From contig DAHXNI010000080.1 of assembly GCA_027365475.1 (NCBI GenBank), positions 69,490 to 133,489 of the forward strand: a DNA stretch of 64,000 nucleotides. The letters run 5' to 3'. Made by a program: the position numbers and the translations under genes. Below are positions 20,852-31,755 of the stretch, piece after piece (positions within the stretch are counted from its first letter, which is position 1; every line of letters begins with the position of its first letter). This stretch comes from Pseudomonadota bacterium. GTDB taxonomy: Bacteria > Pseudomonadota > Gammaproteobacteria > JAKAQQ01. Under the pieces are notes generated by a model. It was not told the DNA's origin, made no database searches, and saw only the letters and a program-made list of their open reading frames with translations.

Positions 20852-22219
20852 TCAACTCGCCCGTGGCGGCCGACGGCGCGGGCGACGCGGGCGGCGGGAT
20901 GGCTGCGGGTCCCCGTCGCCGGCTTCCACGGTCGGAGACGATTCAGAGAAAACCTGCCAGTCGGTCCAGAGCGTGTGCGGTGCTTCTCCCGATTCGACCC
21001 GGAGCCTCAGAAAATCGAGACTCGCCTTGAAATCGGGATGCGTGAGGAGCCGCGCAGCCGATGGGACCGAGACACCCCGCTCGAGACGCACCTGGTTCAC
21101 GATCAGGGATTCGACCTGCTCCAGGATCCGGCGTGGGATGGCGACATGTTTCTGCTGTTCGCGCATGAGCGTTGCAAGCGCGCGGTGCATAGCGGCGAGC
21201 GTTTCCATTCCCTCTTTCTCATGCCATTCGACATACTGCCGGGTCGCAGCCCAGAGGAATGCCGTGACCAGGGTGACCAGTGAGGGGGCCCTCCCCATCC
21301 GGATGTGTGTGTCCGCCTCTGCGAGCGCATGGGCAATCAGTGCCCGAACCGTCTCCGCCTTTTCCGAGACCAGCATCTCCTGGGTCCAGGGGAACAGCGG
21401 TTTCAAAAGCCGATGTTCGAGGAGGCCCTGGAAACTATTCTGGGCTTGGCCCAAAAGAAAAATCTTGGTGATCTCATCGAAGAGACGGGCCGGAGGCACC
21501 GTCGCCAGTAATGGCGCCAGATGGCGCATCGGTTCGGAGGTTTCCGAATCGATGCAAAATCCGGTCTTCGCCTCAAAACGGACAGCACGCAGCATCCGTA
21601 CCGGATCTTCCCGATACCGGTTCTCGGGTACTCCGATCAGGCGGATCACCCGGCCCCTGATATCCGCATAACCTCCGACCCAATCGCGGATGGTTTCGCT
21701 CTGAGGGTCGAAGTAGAGCGCATTGATCGTAAAGTCCCGGCGTACGGCATCCTGTTGTTCAGTTCCATAAACGTTATCGCGCAGCAGGCGTCCGGCAGCT
21801 GAAAGTTCCAGGTTCGCATGGGCGTGACCCGCTGTGGGCGTCCCGCTCCGGAAGGTCGCGACTTCGACGATTTCAGATCCGAAATAGATGTGAACCAGGC
21901 GGAACCGGCGTCCGATGATGCGACTTCTGCGAAACAGACGTCGCACCTGTTCCGGCCGTGCGCATGTGGCCACATCAAAATCCTTGGGCGGGATCCCGAT
22001 AAGCAGGTCCCGCACACCCCCACCCACGATGTAGGCGGGATAGCCCTGATCCGCGAGCCGGTCCACCACAAAGCGTGACGCATCCGAGAACTGCCCCCTG
22101 GACAGGTGATGATCCGTAACGGGAATGATGTGCGGTTCGGGTTCGGAGCCGGGTTCTTGTTCGAGCACTTCAGCCTTAAGCTTTGTTTCACGGCTATAAT
22201 AACAAGTTCCCGCCTCCAA
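20852..22219 (-). CDS. pcnB: poly(A) polymerase I
   Basis: GYPAYIVGGGVRDLLIG nucleotidyltransferase head, RRDFTINALY; 455 aa. Confidence 0.88.
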   Translation of the reverse strand: MEAGTCYYSRETKLKAEVLEQEPGSEPEPHIIPVTDHHLSRGQFSDASRFVVDRLADQGYPAYIVGGGVRDLLIGIPPKDFDVATCARPEQVRRLFRRSRIIGRRFRLVHIYFGSEIVEVATFRSGTPTAGHAHANLELSAAGRLLRDNVYGTEQQDAVRRDFTINALYFDPQSETIRDWVGGYADIRGRVIRLIGVPENRYREDPVRMLRAVRFEAKTGFCIDSETSEPMRHLAPLLATVPPARLFDEITKIFLLGQAQNSFQGLLEHRLLKPLFPWTQEMLVSEKAETVRALIAHALAEADTHIRMGRAPSLVTLVTAFLWAATRQYVEWHEKEGMETLAAMHRALATLMREQQKHVAIPRRILEQVESLIVNQVRLERGVSVPSAARLLTHPDFKASLDFLRLRVESGEAPHTLWTDWQVFSESSPTVEAGDGDPQPSRRPRRPRRRPPRAS

Positions 22220-22235
22220 CCGGTGATCCGGTTAC

Positions 22236-22311
22236 TGCTCCCTTCGTCTAGAGGCCCAGGACGTCGCCCTCTCACGGCGAAAACAGGGGTTCGAATCCCC
22301 TAGGGAGCGCC
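22236..22311 (+). tRNA. tRNA-Glu (anticodon CUC)
   Basis: GCTCCCTTCGTCTAGAGGCCCAGGACGTCGCCCTCTCACGGCGAAAACAGGGGTTCGAATCCCCTAGGGAGCGCCA: near-identical to E. coli tRNA-Glu except anticodon loop CUC; encoded CCA. Confidence 0.9.
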
Positions 22312-22476
22312 ATAAAATCAATCACCTAGAGCGATTCTCTCCGTCCGGGTGAAGCACCCGGATCCCTGCTCAGACCCGCGAGGCAGTCGGCTTTCCAAGG
22401 GCAAGCGACCGAGACCGGGTTTCACCTGCGCAATTGACAGGCTATCATTCTCAGGTTCCCCCCGCATCCCTCGTCC

Positions 22477-22821
22477 ATGACCCATGTGGTGACCGAACCT
22501 TGTATCCGCTGCCGATACACCGACTGTGTGGAAAGCTGCCCAGTCGACTGTTTCCACGCCGGACCCCGTTTTGTCGCAATCGACCCGGATCTTTGCATCG
22601 ATTGCGCCCTCTGTGTCCCCGCCTGTCCGGTTCACGCCATCAAGCATGCGGACGAACTCCTTCAAACCGAGCAGGACTTTCTCGCCCTGAACAGAAGTCT
22701 CGCCCAGAGCTGGCCCGTACTGGCCCATTCGTTGCCACCGCCTGCCGATGCGGATCTCTGGCGTGAGGTGACGGACAAACGCCGCTGGCTGGCCTCCGAA
22801 GAGATACCGCCCCCCGGATGA
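22477..22821 (+). CDS. fdxA: 7Fe (3Fe-4S/4Fe-4S) ferredoxin, FdxA type
   Basis: [18 protein letters not shown] ... [12 protein letters not shown] cysteine motifs. Confidence 0.85.
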   Translation: MTHVVTEPCIRCRYTDCVESCPVDCFHAGPRFVAIDPDLCIDCALCVPACPVHAIKHADELLQTEQDFLALNRSLAQSWPVLAHSLPPPADADLWREVTDKRRWLASEEIPPPG

Positions 22822-24899
22822 ACGTTTCACCCATCGCGAACCGCCTGTCTCGGGAAACCAGTCCCTATCTCGTCGAGCACGCCGGAAACCCCGTCGACTG
22901 GTACCCGTTTGGGGCCGAAGCACTCGACCGGGCACGCCTGGAACACAAACCCATCCTCCTTTCGATCGGATATCTGGCCTGTCACTGGTGCCACATCATG
23001 GCCAGAGAATCCTTTGAAGACGAGACCATCGCAGCACTGATGAACCGGCTCTATGTCAACATCAAGGTCGACCGGGAAGAACGCCCGGATCTCGACCAGG
23101 TCTACCAGCTTGCGCATTCCGTCCTGACCGGGCGCCCGGGAGGCTGGCCGCTCACGGTCTTTCTGGAACCCGGTGAGCTCACTCCATTTTTCGCAGGAAC
23201 CTATTTTCCGAAGGTGGCCCGCTTCGGGCTGCCGGGCTTTCCGGATGTCCTCATCCGGGTCGAGGAGTATTTCCGCTCCTCCGGATCCGAACGCGAGGGG
23301 GTATCGCAAAGAGTTCGGGAGATTCTTCAGTCGATCGCACGGAGCGACCCGGACGCTCGCGGGGGGGACACACGCGATCCCGCCCTGCTCGGTCTCGCCT
23401 CCCTCACGCAAAGTTTCGATGCGCGTTGGGGCGGATTCGGTCCCGCACCCAAGTTCCCGCACGCGAGCGCCCTTTCGTTCCTTCTCGAAACCGGACACTC
23501 AGCGGGCCCATCGACAAATCGGGAACCCTCTCCGCAGACGCTCCTCACGACCACGCTCACCCGAATGGCCGAGGGCGGCATCTACGACCCGATTGGGGGA
23601 GGATTTTTCCGCTACAGCGTGGATGAGCAATGGGCCATTCCGCATTTCGAGAAGATGCTTTACGACAATGCCCTCCTCCTGCCCATCTACGCCGAAGCCT
23701 GGAGACAGACCGGTTCAATACACTACCGGAGAGTGGCCGAGGAGACCGCCCAGTGGATTCTCGAGACGATGTGTGCGCCCGAGGGCGGATTTTATTCGAG
23801 CCTCGATGCCGACTCCGATTCAGGCGAGGGAGGCTACTACCTTTGGGATGCCCGGGCCGTCGAGGGGCTCCTCACGGCCGAGGAGTGGCGCTTGATCGCT
23901 CCTCATTACGGCCTGAACGCTCCCGCCAACTTCGAGGGACACTGGCATCTTTCCATCCGTGAGACGGCAGCCGATCTTGGCACCCGTCTGGGGCTCGAGG
24001 AGAACATCGTGGAAGCAAGGCTCCACTCCGGTCGGGAGAAACTTCAAAACGCCCGCACAGAACGTACGCCACCGCGCATCGACCGCAAGATTCTCGCATC
24101 GACCAACGGCCTCATGATCGCCGGACTGAGCCGCGCGGGACGGCTCATGGGCCAGGAGCACTGGATCGATGCGGCGGCTCGGGCCGCCGATTTCCTTGCG
24201 AACCGGCTCGTCTCATCCGGACGGCTTCAAAGCAGTTACTGTTCGGGGATTGCGCGTGGCCCCGCCTTTCTGCACGATCATGCTTTTTTGCTCACAGGAC
24301 TCCTGGAACTCGTCCAGGCACGCTGGCAGTCCACCTGGTACGAATGGAGTCTCGACATCGCAGAAGCCCTGCTCGAGCGCTTCGAGGATCGGGACCGGGG
24401 CGGATTCTGGTTTACGGCCGACGATCAGCCGGTGTCCCTCATGCGTCCCAAAATCTGGGGCGACGATGCGACCCCTGCGGCCAACGCCCTGGCCGCACGG
24501 GCACTCGCGCTGTTAGGACATCTCTCGGGAGTCAGTCGCTATCTTGAAGCAGCCACACGGACGATTGACGCCGGCCGACCCCACTTCGAATCCGCCCCGG
24601 GTTCCCATCTCGCGCTGATCACGAGCGCCCAGGCACTCAGCCAACCCGGGTGTTCCATGATTCTGCGCGGAGATCCGCAAGCGCTTCCCCGTTGGCAATC
24701 ATCCATCCAGGCCTCTGTGGCTTTCGGCTACAACCTTTATGCCATCCCGTCCGAAGCGGAGTTCAGCGCGGGTTTGCTCAGCCACTGCGTGCCCCGGGGA
24801 CCGGCCTGTCTTTATGTCTGCACCGGAACCCAATGTTCGAAACCCATCACCTCCCTCGCATCCCTGAACACCTTTCTCGTGGAGTGTGCGCGGGAGTGA
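22818..24899 (+). CDS. thioredoxin-domain protein of the YyaL/DUF255 family (N-acyl-glucosamine-2-epimerase-like)
   Basis: N-terminal ...[18 protein letters not shown]...[14 protein letters not shown] thioredoxin-like motif; 693 aa; translationally coupled to fdxA (ATGA overlap). Confidence 0.8.
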   Translation: MNVSPIANRLSRETSPYLVEHAGNPVDWYPFGAEALDRARLEHKPILLSIGYLACHWCHIMARESFEDETIAALMNRLYVNIKVDREERPDLDQVYQLAHSVLTGRPGGWPLTVFLEPGELTPFFAGTYFPKVARFGLPGFPDVLIRVEEYFRSSGSEREGVSQRVREILQSIARSDPDARGGDTRDPALLGLASLTQSFDARWGGFGPAPKFPHASALSFLLETGHSAGPSTNREPSPQTLLTTTLTRMAEGGIYDPIGGGFFRYSVDEQWAIPHFEKMLYDNALLLPIYAEAWRQTGSIHYRRVAEETAQWILETMCAPEGGFYSSLDADSDSGEGGYYLWDARAVEGLLTAEEWRLIAPHYGLNAPANFEGHWHLSIRETAADLGTRLGLEENIVEARLHSGREKLQNARTERTPPRIDRKILASTNGLMIAGLSRAGRLMGQEHWIDAAARAADFLANRLVSSGRLQSSYCSGIARGPAFLHDHAFLLTGLLELVQARWQSTWYEWSLDIAEALLERFEDRDRGGFWFTADDQPVSLMRPKIWGDDATPAANALAARALALLGHLSGVSRYLEAATRTIDAGRPHFESAPGSHLALITSAQALSQPGCSMILRGDPQALPRWQSSIQASVAFGYNLYAIPSEAEFSAGLLSHCVPRGPACLYVCTGTQCSKPITSLASLNTFLVECARE

Positions 24900-25237
24900 A
24901 CCGGCCGCTCCGGATTGAGGGCATGCAGCTTGTCAAAAGCTCAAGCGGTCACTAGACTAGGCACATCCCGAATGGCATTGGATCCCCCGGTGTACCTTTC
25001 CTGTGCGACCGGACGGCTTGAGTGTGTGATCTCCGGCTGCGATCCGAACCGGTTTGGGGCCGAACCGATCGCACTCCCTCCGGTAAAACCGACAATCGTG
25101 ACGACCCACCGCAATACGCAACCGAGACACGAGACTGCCTTTGACCCGGAACCCTACCTCCTTTGTGAGTCATGGCCGCGCCTGAACGGGATCGCCTTAA
25201 GGAGCGTTCGTTGAGTGTTCCCGAATCCGGACCGCCA

Positions 25238-26473
25238 ATGGGTGATTCGACCCTTCCTTGGAGCTTCCATCTCAAAACCTTTCTCGCAGTTCTCGGCCCT
25301 GGGCTGATCGTCATGCTGGCCGACACCGACGTCGGCAGCATCATCACAGCCGCACAAAGTGGTGCTCAGTGGGGTTACCAGCTGCTATCGCTCCAGATCC
25401 TCCTGATCCCGATTCTCTACATCGCCCAGGAACTCACGGTACGGCTGGGGATATTTACGGGCAAGGGGCATGGCGAACTCATCCGCTCGCAGTTCGGTCC
25501 CATGTGGGCTTGGATCTCGGTCGGGGGTCTCGTTCTGGCCAGCATTGGCGCACTTCTGACCGAGTTTTCCGGGGTGGCGAGTGTGGCTTCGCTCTTTGGC
25601 ATCCCCCGTTTCTGGGGGCTCGGCTTGGTCATTGCCTTTCTCCTGATCGTCGTCTGGACCGGAACCTACCGGCGCGTCGAACGGATCGCTATCGCTTTGG
25701 GACTTTTTGAACTCGTCTTTTTCGCGATCGCCATCGCGGCCCATCCGGATTTGGGTGCCATGGGAACCCAGATGATGACCTTTCCAGTCACGCATATCAG
25801 CTTTCTCGTGCTCGTATCCGCCAACATCGGTGCGGTGATCATGCCCTGGATGATCTTCTACCAACAGTCGGCGGTTACGGACAAGGGCCTCCGACCGGAA
25901 CATTATCAGCACGCACGCTGGGATACAGCCATTGGAGCGCTCGTGACGCAACTCATCATGGCTGCAGTCCTCATCGCGACGGCTGCCACGATCGGAACGA
26001 CCGATCCCCATGTCCCACTCAATACCGTGGGCCAGGTCTCCCATGTCTTGACCCCCTTCCTCGGCCCCCTGCTTGGCAAGGTGATCTATAGCCTCGGGAT
26101 TCTCGGAGCGGCCGCGGTGGCCGCCATCGTGGTCTCACTGGCCGTAGCCTGGAGCGTGGGCGAAGTCACGGGCTACCGGCATTCCCTGGAGCTCGAACCC
26201 CGCCAGGCACCCTGGTTTTACACGGTCTACACGATCGTGATCCTGGCCGGAGGCGCGATCGTGGCCGTCGCCCGAAACCTGGTCACCCTCGTGATTGTGG
26301 TCGAGGTCATGAACGCTTTTCTCCTGCCTCTGGTGCTGGGCTTCCTGGTCGCACTCGCCATATTCGCGTTGCCACCCGCACATCGCCTGCGCGGCTGGTA
26401 TCGCTGGCTCGTCGTAGGGATCTTCATTCTCACCGCGGTTCTCGGGATCTACGGCGGCCTCGCGGGTCTTTGA
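25238..26473 (+). CDS. mntH: NRAMP-family divalent metal (Mn2+/Fe2+) transporter
   Basis: LGPGLIVMLADTDVGSIITAAQSGAQWGYQLL NRAMP consensus; 11-12 TM helices; start uncertain (ORF opens at 25172). Confidence 0.8.
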   Translation: MGDSTLPWSFHLKTFLAVLGPGLIVMLADTDVGSIITAAQSGAQWGYQLLSLQILLIPILYIAQELTVRLGIFTGKGHGELIRSQFGPMWAWISVGGLVLASIGALLTEFSGVASVASLFGIPRFWGLGLVIAFLLIVVWTGTYRRVERIAIALGLFELVFFAIAIAAHPDLGAMGTQMMTFPVTHISFLVLVSANIGAVIMPWMIFYQQSAVTDKGLRPEHYQHARWDTAIGALVTQLIMAAVLIATAATIGTTDPHVPLNTVGQVSHVLTPFLGPLLGKVIYSLGILGAAAVAAIVVSLAVAWSVGEVTGYRHSLELEPRQAPWFYTVYTIVILAGGAIVAVARNLVTLVIVVEVMNAFLLPLVLGFLVALAIFALPPAHRLRGWYRWLVVGIFILTAVLGIYGGLAGL

Positions 26474-26584
26474 AGCCCGAGCGCAACTCACTTCGTGAGC
26501 CTGCACCCCCTATGGTTTGCGAGCTCGAATTTTTTCAAGTAGTGCATAAACTACGCTTCTCAGCTTCCGCGAACGAGTGACCCC

Positions 26585-26944
26585 ATGCCAGACGAAATAT
26601 GCCGAACCGGCGTTGTCACAAAACCGTATCGACAACCATACCCCGATCCCATTCGTGTATCAGCAGGCGAGCGGGTGTCACCAGACTTTGCGAAATCGAC
26701 AGATGTGCCGGGCTGGGTATGGTGCACGGACGATCGAGGACGCAGCGGATGGACTCCTCTCGATTGGCTGGCACAGGATGGCGGCGCACGGCACATGACC
26801 CGTGACTTCGATGCGATTGAGCTTTGTGTCGATGTGGGCGCGAGAGTGGTGATACACGCGCAGATCGCCAGCTTCTACTGGGTCACGACGGACGACAGAC
26901 GCACCGGATGGGTTCCTTGCAGCCACATATGCGTTGATGACTAG
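26585..26944 (+). CDS. hypothetical protein (119 aa), Trp/Gly-rich, possible SH3-like fold
   Basis: Clean ORF with plausible codon usage in a gap between mntH and ybbN; no recognisable catalytic motif. Confidence 0.45.
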   Translation: MPDEICRTGVVTKPYRQPYPDPIRVSAGERVSPDFAKSTDVPGWVWCTDDRGRSGWTPLDWLAQDGGARHMTRDFDAIELCVDVGARVVIHAQIASFYWVTTDDRRTGWVPCSHICVDD

Positions 26945-27146
26945 GCTGAATGTATAGCCAGATCCCTGATTGCAAGGGTGATGATGGGTGAAGGTTCAAA
27001 AGCGGTTTGCGCCCATGTATCCAACCTCATGATGAAGGCAGTGAAGCCTTCGGGCCTCGATGGGGGAAGGCGCACTCGACCTGGGACAGCGACTTAAGGC
27101 GAAGGCAAACCGCGAAGCCTACGACCGCTTGGGTCGGGGGGTGCGA

Positions 27147-27980
27147 TCAGTGCAGACTACGTGCGAGACGCCTTTGATATTCGAGGCGTCGGTCCTCCTG
27201 TCCGACCAGCGGGAAAGCCGTCCGGATGGCTTCCTGGAGACGGGACCGCTCATCGGGCCCGGTTTCCGGGAGCGCTGCGAGCCAGTCTTCAACCGCCGCC
27301 TCCCCTCTTCCCGCAAGGATCTGCCGCGCACCCATGCTGAGCCGGGCGGCCAATGCGGGCGGCAGCTGGCCGAGTCCCTGCTCCAAGAGGGAGACGAAGT
27401 AGAGCAGGGAGCGTACGCGTTCGTAAAGCGAGTCCGCCAGGGCCGAGGCAGGCAGCTGGTCGAATGTTTGACGGGCTTGGGCGCTATCCCCGTGGAGAAT
27501 GTCGACTAGACAGCTCGCGAGCACGATGTGGGCATCGTCCGGATGCTGCTCGCGCACCCGGTTCAGCGTGGCGCGCGCCTCGCGGATTTCCCCTCGCCAC
27601 GCAGCAGCCAGCGCATGGTCTACCGTTTCGGTCTCCGGTTTGGGGATATGTTTGTCGATCAGGTTCTGGATGAAGCTCCCGGATTGAACACCCACAAACG
27701 CTTCCACGATGCGCCCCTCGTGAAACAGCTTGACCGCCGGAATACCCTGGATTCCGTACGACTGGGCGAGGGCTGGATGTTCGTCGATGTTTACCCTGGC
27801 CAGATGAATCCGGCCCGCGTACTGTCCAATCAGCGATTCGAGAATGGGACCGAGCGTCCGGCAGGGCGCACACCAGGGGGCCCAAAAGTCGACGAGCACG
27901 GGCTGGATGCCCGAGCCGTCAATCACGATCCGTTTAAAATCGTCGCCTGAAATATCATGAATCCAAGCCGATTGAGTCAT
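27147..27980 (-). CDS. ybbN: thioredoxin-domain/TPR co-chaperone (YbbN/CnoX family)
   Basis: N-terminal thioredoxin fold VLVDFWAPWCAPCRTLGP (CAPC), C-terminal TPR-like helical half. Confidence 0.8.
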   Translation of the reverse strand: MTQSAWIHDISGDDFKRIVIDGSGIQPVLVDFWAPWCAPCRTLGPILESLIGQYAGRIHLARVNIDEHPALAQSYGIQGIPAVKLFHEGRIVEAFVGVQSGSFIQNLIDKHIPKPETETVDHALAAAWRGEIREARATLNRVREQHPDDAHIVLASCLVDILHGDSAQARQTFDQLPASALADSLYERVRSLLYFVSLLEQGLGQLPPALAARLSMGARQILAGRGEAAVEDWLAALPETGPDERSRLQEAIRTAFPLVGQEDRRLEYQRRLARSLH

Positions 27981-28121
27981 GCCAGGCCACCCTCAAATAC
28001 GACAGCAACGGAATTCTAACCCGCACATGCAGGCTGACGAAACCCGCCTCAGGGGCACAGTTTGCGCCTGCGCCCGTGCTCGCTTGCACTGGCTCTTCCC
28101 CCCTCTGGGATCGCTTCCGAT

Positions 28122-29831
28122 TTAATCGCCCAGCGCGAGACCGGCCGGATAGCGCAGGTCATTCACTCCTTCGAGCCAGCCGGATGGCGTCACGATCACG
28201 CTCTCGGCATCCCCCCAGCTGCGGCTGCCCCAGGGCGAGCCCGCCCGGAAGCGGTATCCCCAATCCCGGAGCTGATCCATCGTGCGCTTCGAGAAAGCCC
28301 CCGGTTCGTAATAAATCACATCCGGCTGCCATTGCATGTGGAAACGCGGTGCATCCACCGCTGCAGAAGCTCCGAGATGATAATCCACAAGGTTCAGGAT
28401 GACCTGGAGAACCGTCGTTGTGATGGTCGAACCACCAGGGCTCCCCGTGACGATAAAAAGACGGCCCTTCCTTGTAACGATCGTCGGCGTCATGGAGGAC
28501 AGGGGTCGCTTGCCCGGAGCAATGGCATTGACCGGCCCTTGTACCAATCCGTAGGCGTTCGGGTGGTCCGGCGCCGTCGTAAAATCGTCCATTTCGTTGT
28601 TCAGGAAAAACCCGGTGTGCGGAGCCATGAATCCCGTTCCAAAAAACGTGTTCAGGGTGTACGTCACCGAAACGGCGTTACCAAACCGGTCAACGATCGA
28701 ATACTGAGTCGTATCATGTCCTTCATGATCCAAAGTGATGCCGGGGCGGACATCAGCCGAGGGAGTGGCGCGCCGGGGTGCGATCCGCTTCCTGATGGAT
28801 CGGGCATAGGCCTGGGAAAGGAGTCTCCGTAGCGGCATGCGAACAAACGCGGGATCACCGAGAAAAGTGTTGCGATCGGCATAAGCCCAGCGCATGGCCT
28901 CCGTGATGAAATGAACGGAAAGAGCGGAGTGAAACCCGTAGCGGCCAAGTGGATAACCGCGCAGAATGTCGAGCATCTCGCAAAGGGTCGCGCCGCCTCC
29001 TGGAGGTGGAGCGGTCAGCACCTCAACCCCGCGATAGCGGCAGCGTAATGGACGGGTCACGACAGGCCGGTAATCCAGAAAGTCCGCAAGACTCAAAATT
29101 CCGCCGTGCCGTCGGCTGGCCTTGACGATGGCGCGTGCGATGGGGCCTTCGTAGAAGGCACGGGCGCCGCCCCGGGCGATCCGTGCAAGTGTTTTCGCAA
29201 GCGTGGGCTGTCTGAGCAGAGCCCCGGCACCCAGTGGGCGCCCGTGTGAGAAGAAAATCCGGACCGCGTACGGATCCTGGGCGAGTCTCCGGGCATCCCC
29301 CGCGAGAAGCTTCGCATCATCTGGCGAGAGCACAAATCCGAGACGGGCCAACCGTATGGCCGGAGCGAGCAGGCGTGCACGCGGCCAGGTGCCCCAGAGC
29401 CGTCGCGCTTCTTCCAGCCCGGCCACGGTTCCCGGCACCCCTATGGCTTTCCACGAATAGAGGCTCAGTCCCGGAATGGGCTCGCCCTTCCGATTGAGGT
29501 AAAGATCCGGGGTTGCGGCCTGTGGAGCGACCTCGCGGAAATCCAGGAAACGGGCCGCCCCATGCGCGGGGCGGTAAATCATGAATCCGCCTCCGCCGAG
29601 ATTGCCGCAGCAGGGGTCGGTCACGGCCAGGGCATAACCCACGGCTACCGCCGCATCCACGGCATTGCCTCCTGATCGGAGAACAGCCAGCCCAACCCGG
29701 GTGGCTTGACGCTCGGCGGTCACGACCATCGCGTGCCGGGCGAGGACGGGCGGCGGATAGGAAGCCGTCCGCGCGAACACTGCGAGCGGGGTCATCCCTG
29801 CCAGAATCAAAAGACCGATGAGTCTCGTCAT
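28122..29831 (-). CDS. ggt: gamma-glutamyltranspeptidase (periplasmic, signal peptide)
   Basis: MTRLIGLLILAGMTPLAVFA signal; GGNAVDAAVA; autoprocessing Thr in ...TTQYSIVD; GSPGGS. Confidence 0.88.
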   Translation of the reverse strand: MTRLIGLLILAGMTPLAVFARTASYPPPVLARHAMVVTAERQATRVGLAVLRSGGNAVDAAVAVGYALAVTDPCCGNLGGGGFMIYRPAHGAARFLDFREVAPQAATPDLYLNRKGEPIPGLSLYSWKAIGVPGTVAGLEEARRLWGTWPRARLLAPAIRLARLGFVLSPDDAKLLAGDARRLAQDPYAVRIFFSHGRPLGAGALLRQPTLAKTLARIARGGARAFYEGPIARAIVKASRRHGGILSLADFLDYRPVVTRPLRCRYRGVEVLTAPPPGGGATLCEMLDILRGYPLGRYGFHSALSVHFITEAMRWAYADRNTFLGDPAFVRMPLRRLLSQAYARSIRKRIAPRRATPSADVRPGITLDHEGHDTTQYSIVDRFGNAVSVTYTLNTFFGTGFMAPHTGFFLNNEMDDFTTAPDHPNAYGLVQGPVNAIAPGKRPLSSMTPTIVTRKGRLFIVTGSPGGSTITTTVLQVILNLVDYHLGASAAVDAPRFHMQWQPDVIYYEPGAFSKRTMDQLRDWGYRFRAGSPWGSRSWGDAESVIVTPSGWLEGVNDLRYPAGLALGD

Positions 29832-30187
29832 GTCAGGATACTCGGGAAATTCCTGGTTCAACTGTACCTCAAATCGGCTCACTCTATGTTTTCGCGGCGC
29901 ACACGATGCGTTCCGGTTCACGACGCACGAGTCGCGAAGGTCAGTCCACGCGGCAGGCTCGCGGGGTCAACTGAGCACGCGCCCAATCGAGACAGAAATC
30001 ACGATTCGTACGCCACACCCTGGGACACGATCACAGCTATCGACGAGCTGCACGTCTCGGGTGGCACAACCCTTGGGATGTCGGGGGAGTGTACCCGAGG
30101 AGCCCAGGCAGGCGGAGACCGAGTGCAAAATGGCACACTTGGCCGATTGATCGATCGTTAATCTATTGATCGATTTAAGATGCAATA

Positions 30188-30400
30188 ATGCCGGGGTCGA
30201 GGGTTCGAGTCCCTCCCTTCCACCGCCACCTGCTCGAGCGAGAGAAGCTCGGTAAGAAGCTGCTCACGAGGGTGAATGCCTACCTCGCCCTCAATGGGAT
30301 CAGGATCAGCAACGGCACCGTCGTCGATGCCCGATCATCAGCGCACCGAGTTCTACCAAGAACAAGGAGGGCAAGCGCGACCCGTAGATGCACCAAGAGC
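30188..30400 (+). pseudogene. internal remnant of an IS5-family (IS903/ISL2-like) transposase gene with a frameshift and a premature stop
   Basis: FHRHLLEREKLGKKLLTRVNAYLALNGIRISNGTVVDA then, after a 1-nt deletion, [20 protein letters not shown]: matches IS5 ...[59 protein letters not shown]. Confidence 0.7.
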
Positions 30401-30452
30401 GACCGGGCTGCTCGGGGTTGCCAATCCGGAAATATCTGACTAAAATCAGGCA

Positions 30453-31337
30453 ATGAGCGCCGACATTGCAGCGATTCGCCAATTCAATCGCACGGTCACC
30501 CGGCGGCTCGGCGTGCTCAACGAGAAGTATCTGGGGCGTGACCGGCCCCTTGCCGAGTCGCGCATACTGTTTGAGATCGGCTCCAAAGGCGCGCCCGTTC
30601 GCGAGCTGCGCGAACGGCTCGGTCTCGATTCCGGCTACGCCAGCCGCCTGCTGCGGGCGCTCGAGCGCAAGGGGTTCGCGACGACGGCCAGTAAGGCCGG
30701 CGAAGATGGACGAGCGAAGTTCGCGCGGCTCACCCGGTCCGGCCATACCGAGGTCCGGCGTCTCAATGCACTCTCCGACGATCTGGCACAGTCAATGCTC
30801 GAGCCGCTGACCAGGGAGCAGGCCGCGCGGATGGTCTCGGCAATGACCGAGGTCGATCGGCTGCTGCGCGCCTCGGGCATCGAACTGACTCCGGTGGATC
30901 CTCGCAGCGCAGGCGCACAGTGGTGCCTCGGCCGGTACTTCGACGAGCTGTCGTCTCGTTTCCCCGAAGGTTACGATCACGGTGCCGACGGCGCGACCGA
31001 TCTCGATGACTTCCGCCCGCCACGGGGTTGCTTTCTGGTCGCGAGCCTGTTCGGCGGGTCCGTCGGCTGCGGCGGGATTCGCACTCTCGCGCCCCGGATG
31101 GGCGAGATAAAGCGTTTGTGGGTCTCGCCGCAGGTGCGCGGACTCGGCGTCGGCCGCAGACTCCTCGAAGCGCTGGAGCGGGTGGGCCGCGAGCGAAAAA
31201 TGCGCCGCGTGCGCCTCGACACTCACGAGTCGCTTACCGAGGCGCGGCACCTGTATCGGTCTTCGGGGTACAAGGAGATCGCCCAGTTCAACGACAATCC
31301 TTATGCGCATCACTGGTTCGAGAAAACGCTCGAATGA
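30453..31337 (+). CDS. MarR-family HTH regulator fused to a GNAT N-acetyltransferase
   Basis: N-terminal MarR wHTH (IAAIRQFNRTVTRRLGVLNEKYLGRDRPLAESRILFEI...) and C-terminal GNAT (RLWVSPQVRGLGVGRRLLEALE acetyl-CoA motif A). Confidence 0.75.
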   Translation: MSADIAAIRQFNRTVTRRLGVLNEKYLGRDRPLAESRILFEIGSKGAPVRELRERLGLDSGYASRLLRALERKGFATTASKAGEDGRAKFARLTRSGHTEVRRLNALSDDLAQSMLEPLTREQAARMVSAMTEVDRLLRASGIELTPVDPRSAGAQWCLGRYFDELSSRFPEGYDHGADGATDLDDFRPPRGCFLVASLFGGSVGCGGIRTLAPRMGEIKRLWVSPQVRGLGVGRRLLEALERVGRERKMRRVRLDTHESLTEARHLYRSSGYKEIAQFNDNPYAHHWFEKTLE

Positions 31338-31755
31338 CGAGCTACCCGCTTGCCGGCCCGCCATATTCGGCGTTGAGAACGGGTTGCCGTTAGTCGACCT
31401 ACGGGTGCTGACTGGAACCACATAGCGTGGTCCAGGCACCCATGCGCACCCGTATGCTCACATTCTCTACGTACTGGCGGGAGCGGTGAGCCTACTCATC
31501 GACGGTGAATGGACAGAAGCTACGTGTGGCTGATAAGCCATCATACATGCTGGAGTCGCGCCATCGTCCGCATAGGATCGCCTTCGCCCGGTCACTCTCA
31601 TCCCGAGCGCTTTGTGCGCCTGTGAGCAGGCGCGCTTTTTGATGTGGGTCTGAGCGCTCTTTTTGAGGTGGTTCCCGATCGCGGTTCCCATTCGTGCTGT
31701 AGAGAGAGCGGGAACCGGAACCGGGAACCGATGGGTCGGCAGAGGCGATGAGTCG

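Noticed and set aside
25385-26044. 219-aa minus-strand ORF
   Set aside because: Antisense to the NRAMP transporter. Composition is Arg/Asp-rich nonsense.
30199-30228. tRNA-like T-arm as a functional tRNA gene
   Set aside because: No D-arm or anticodon arm upstream. The sequence is read through as IS5 transposase-remnant coding sequence. Kept only as a possible att remnant in findings.
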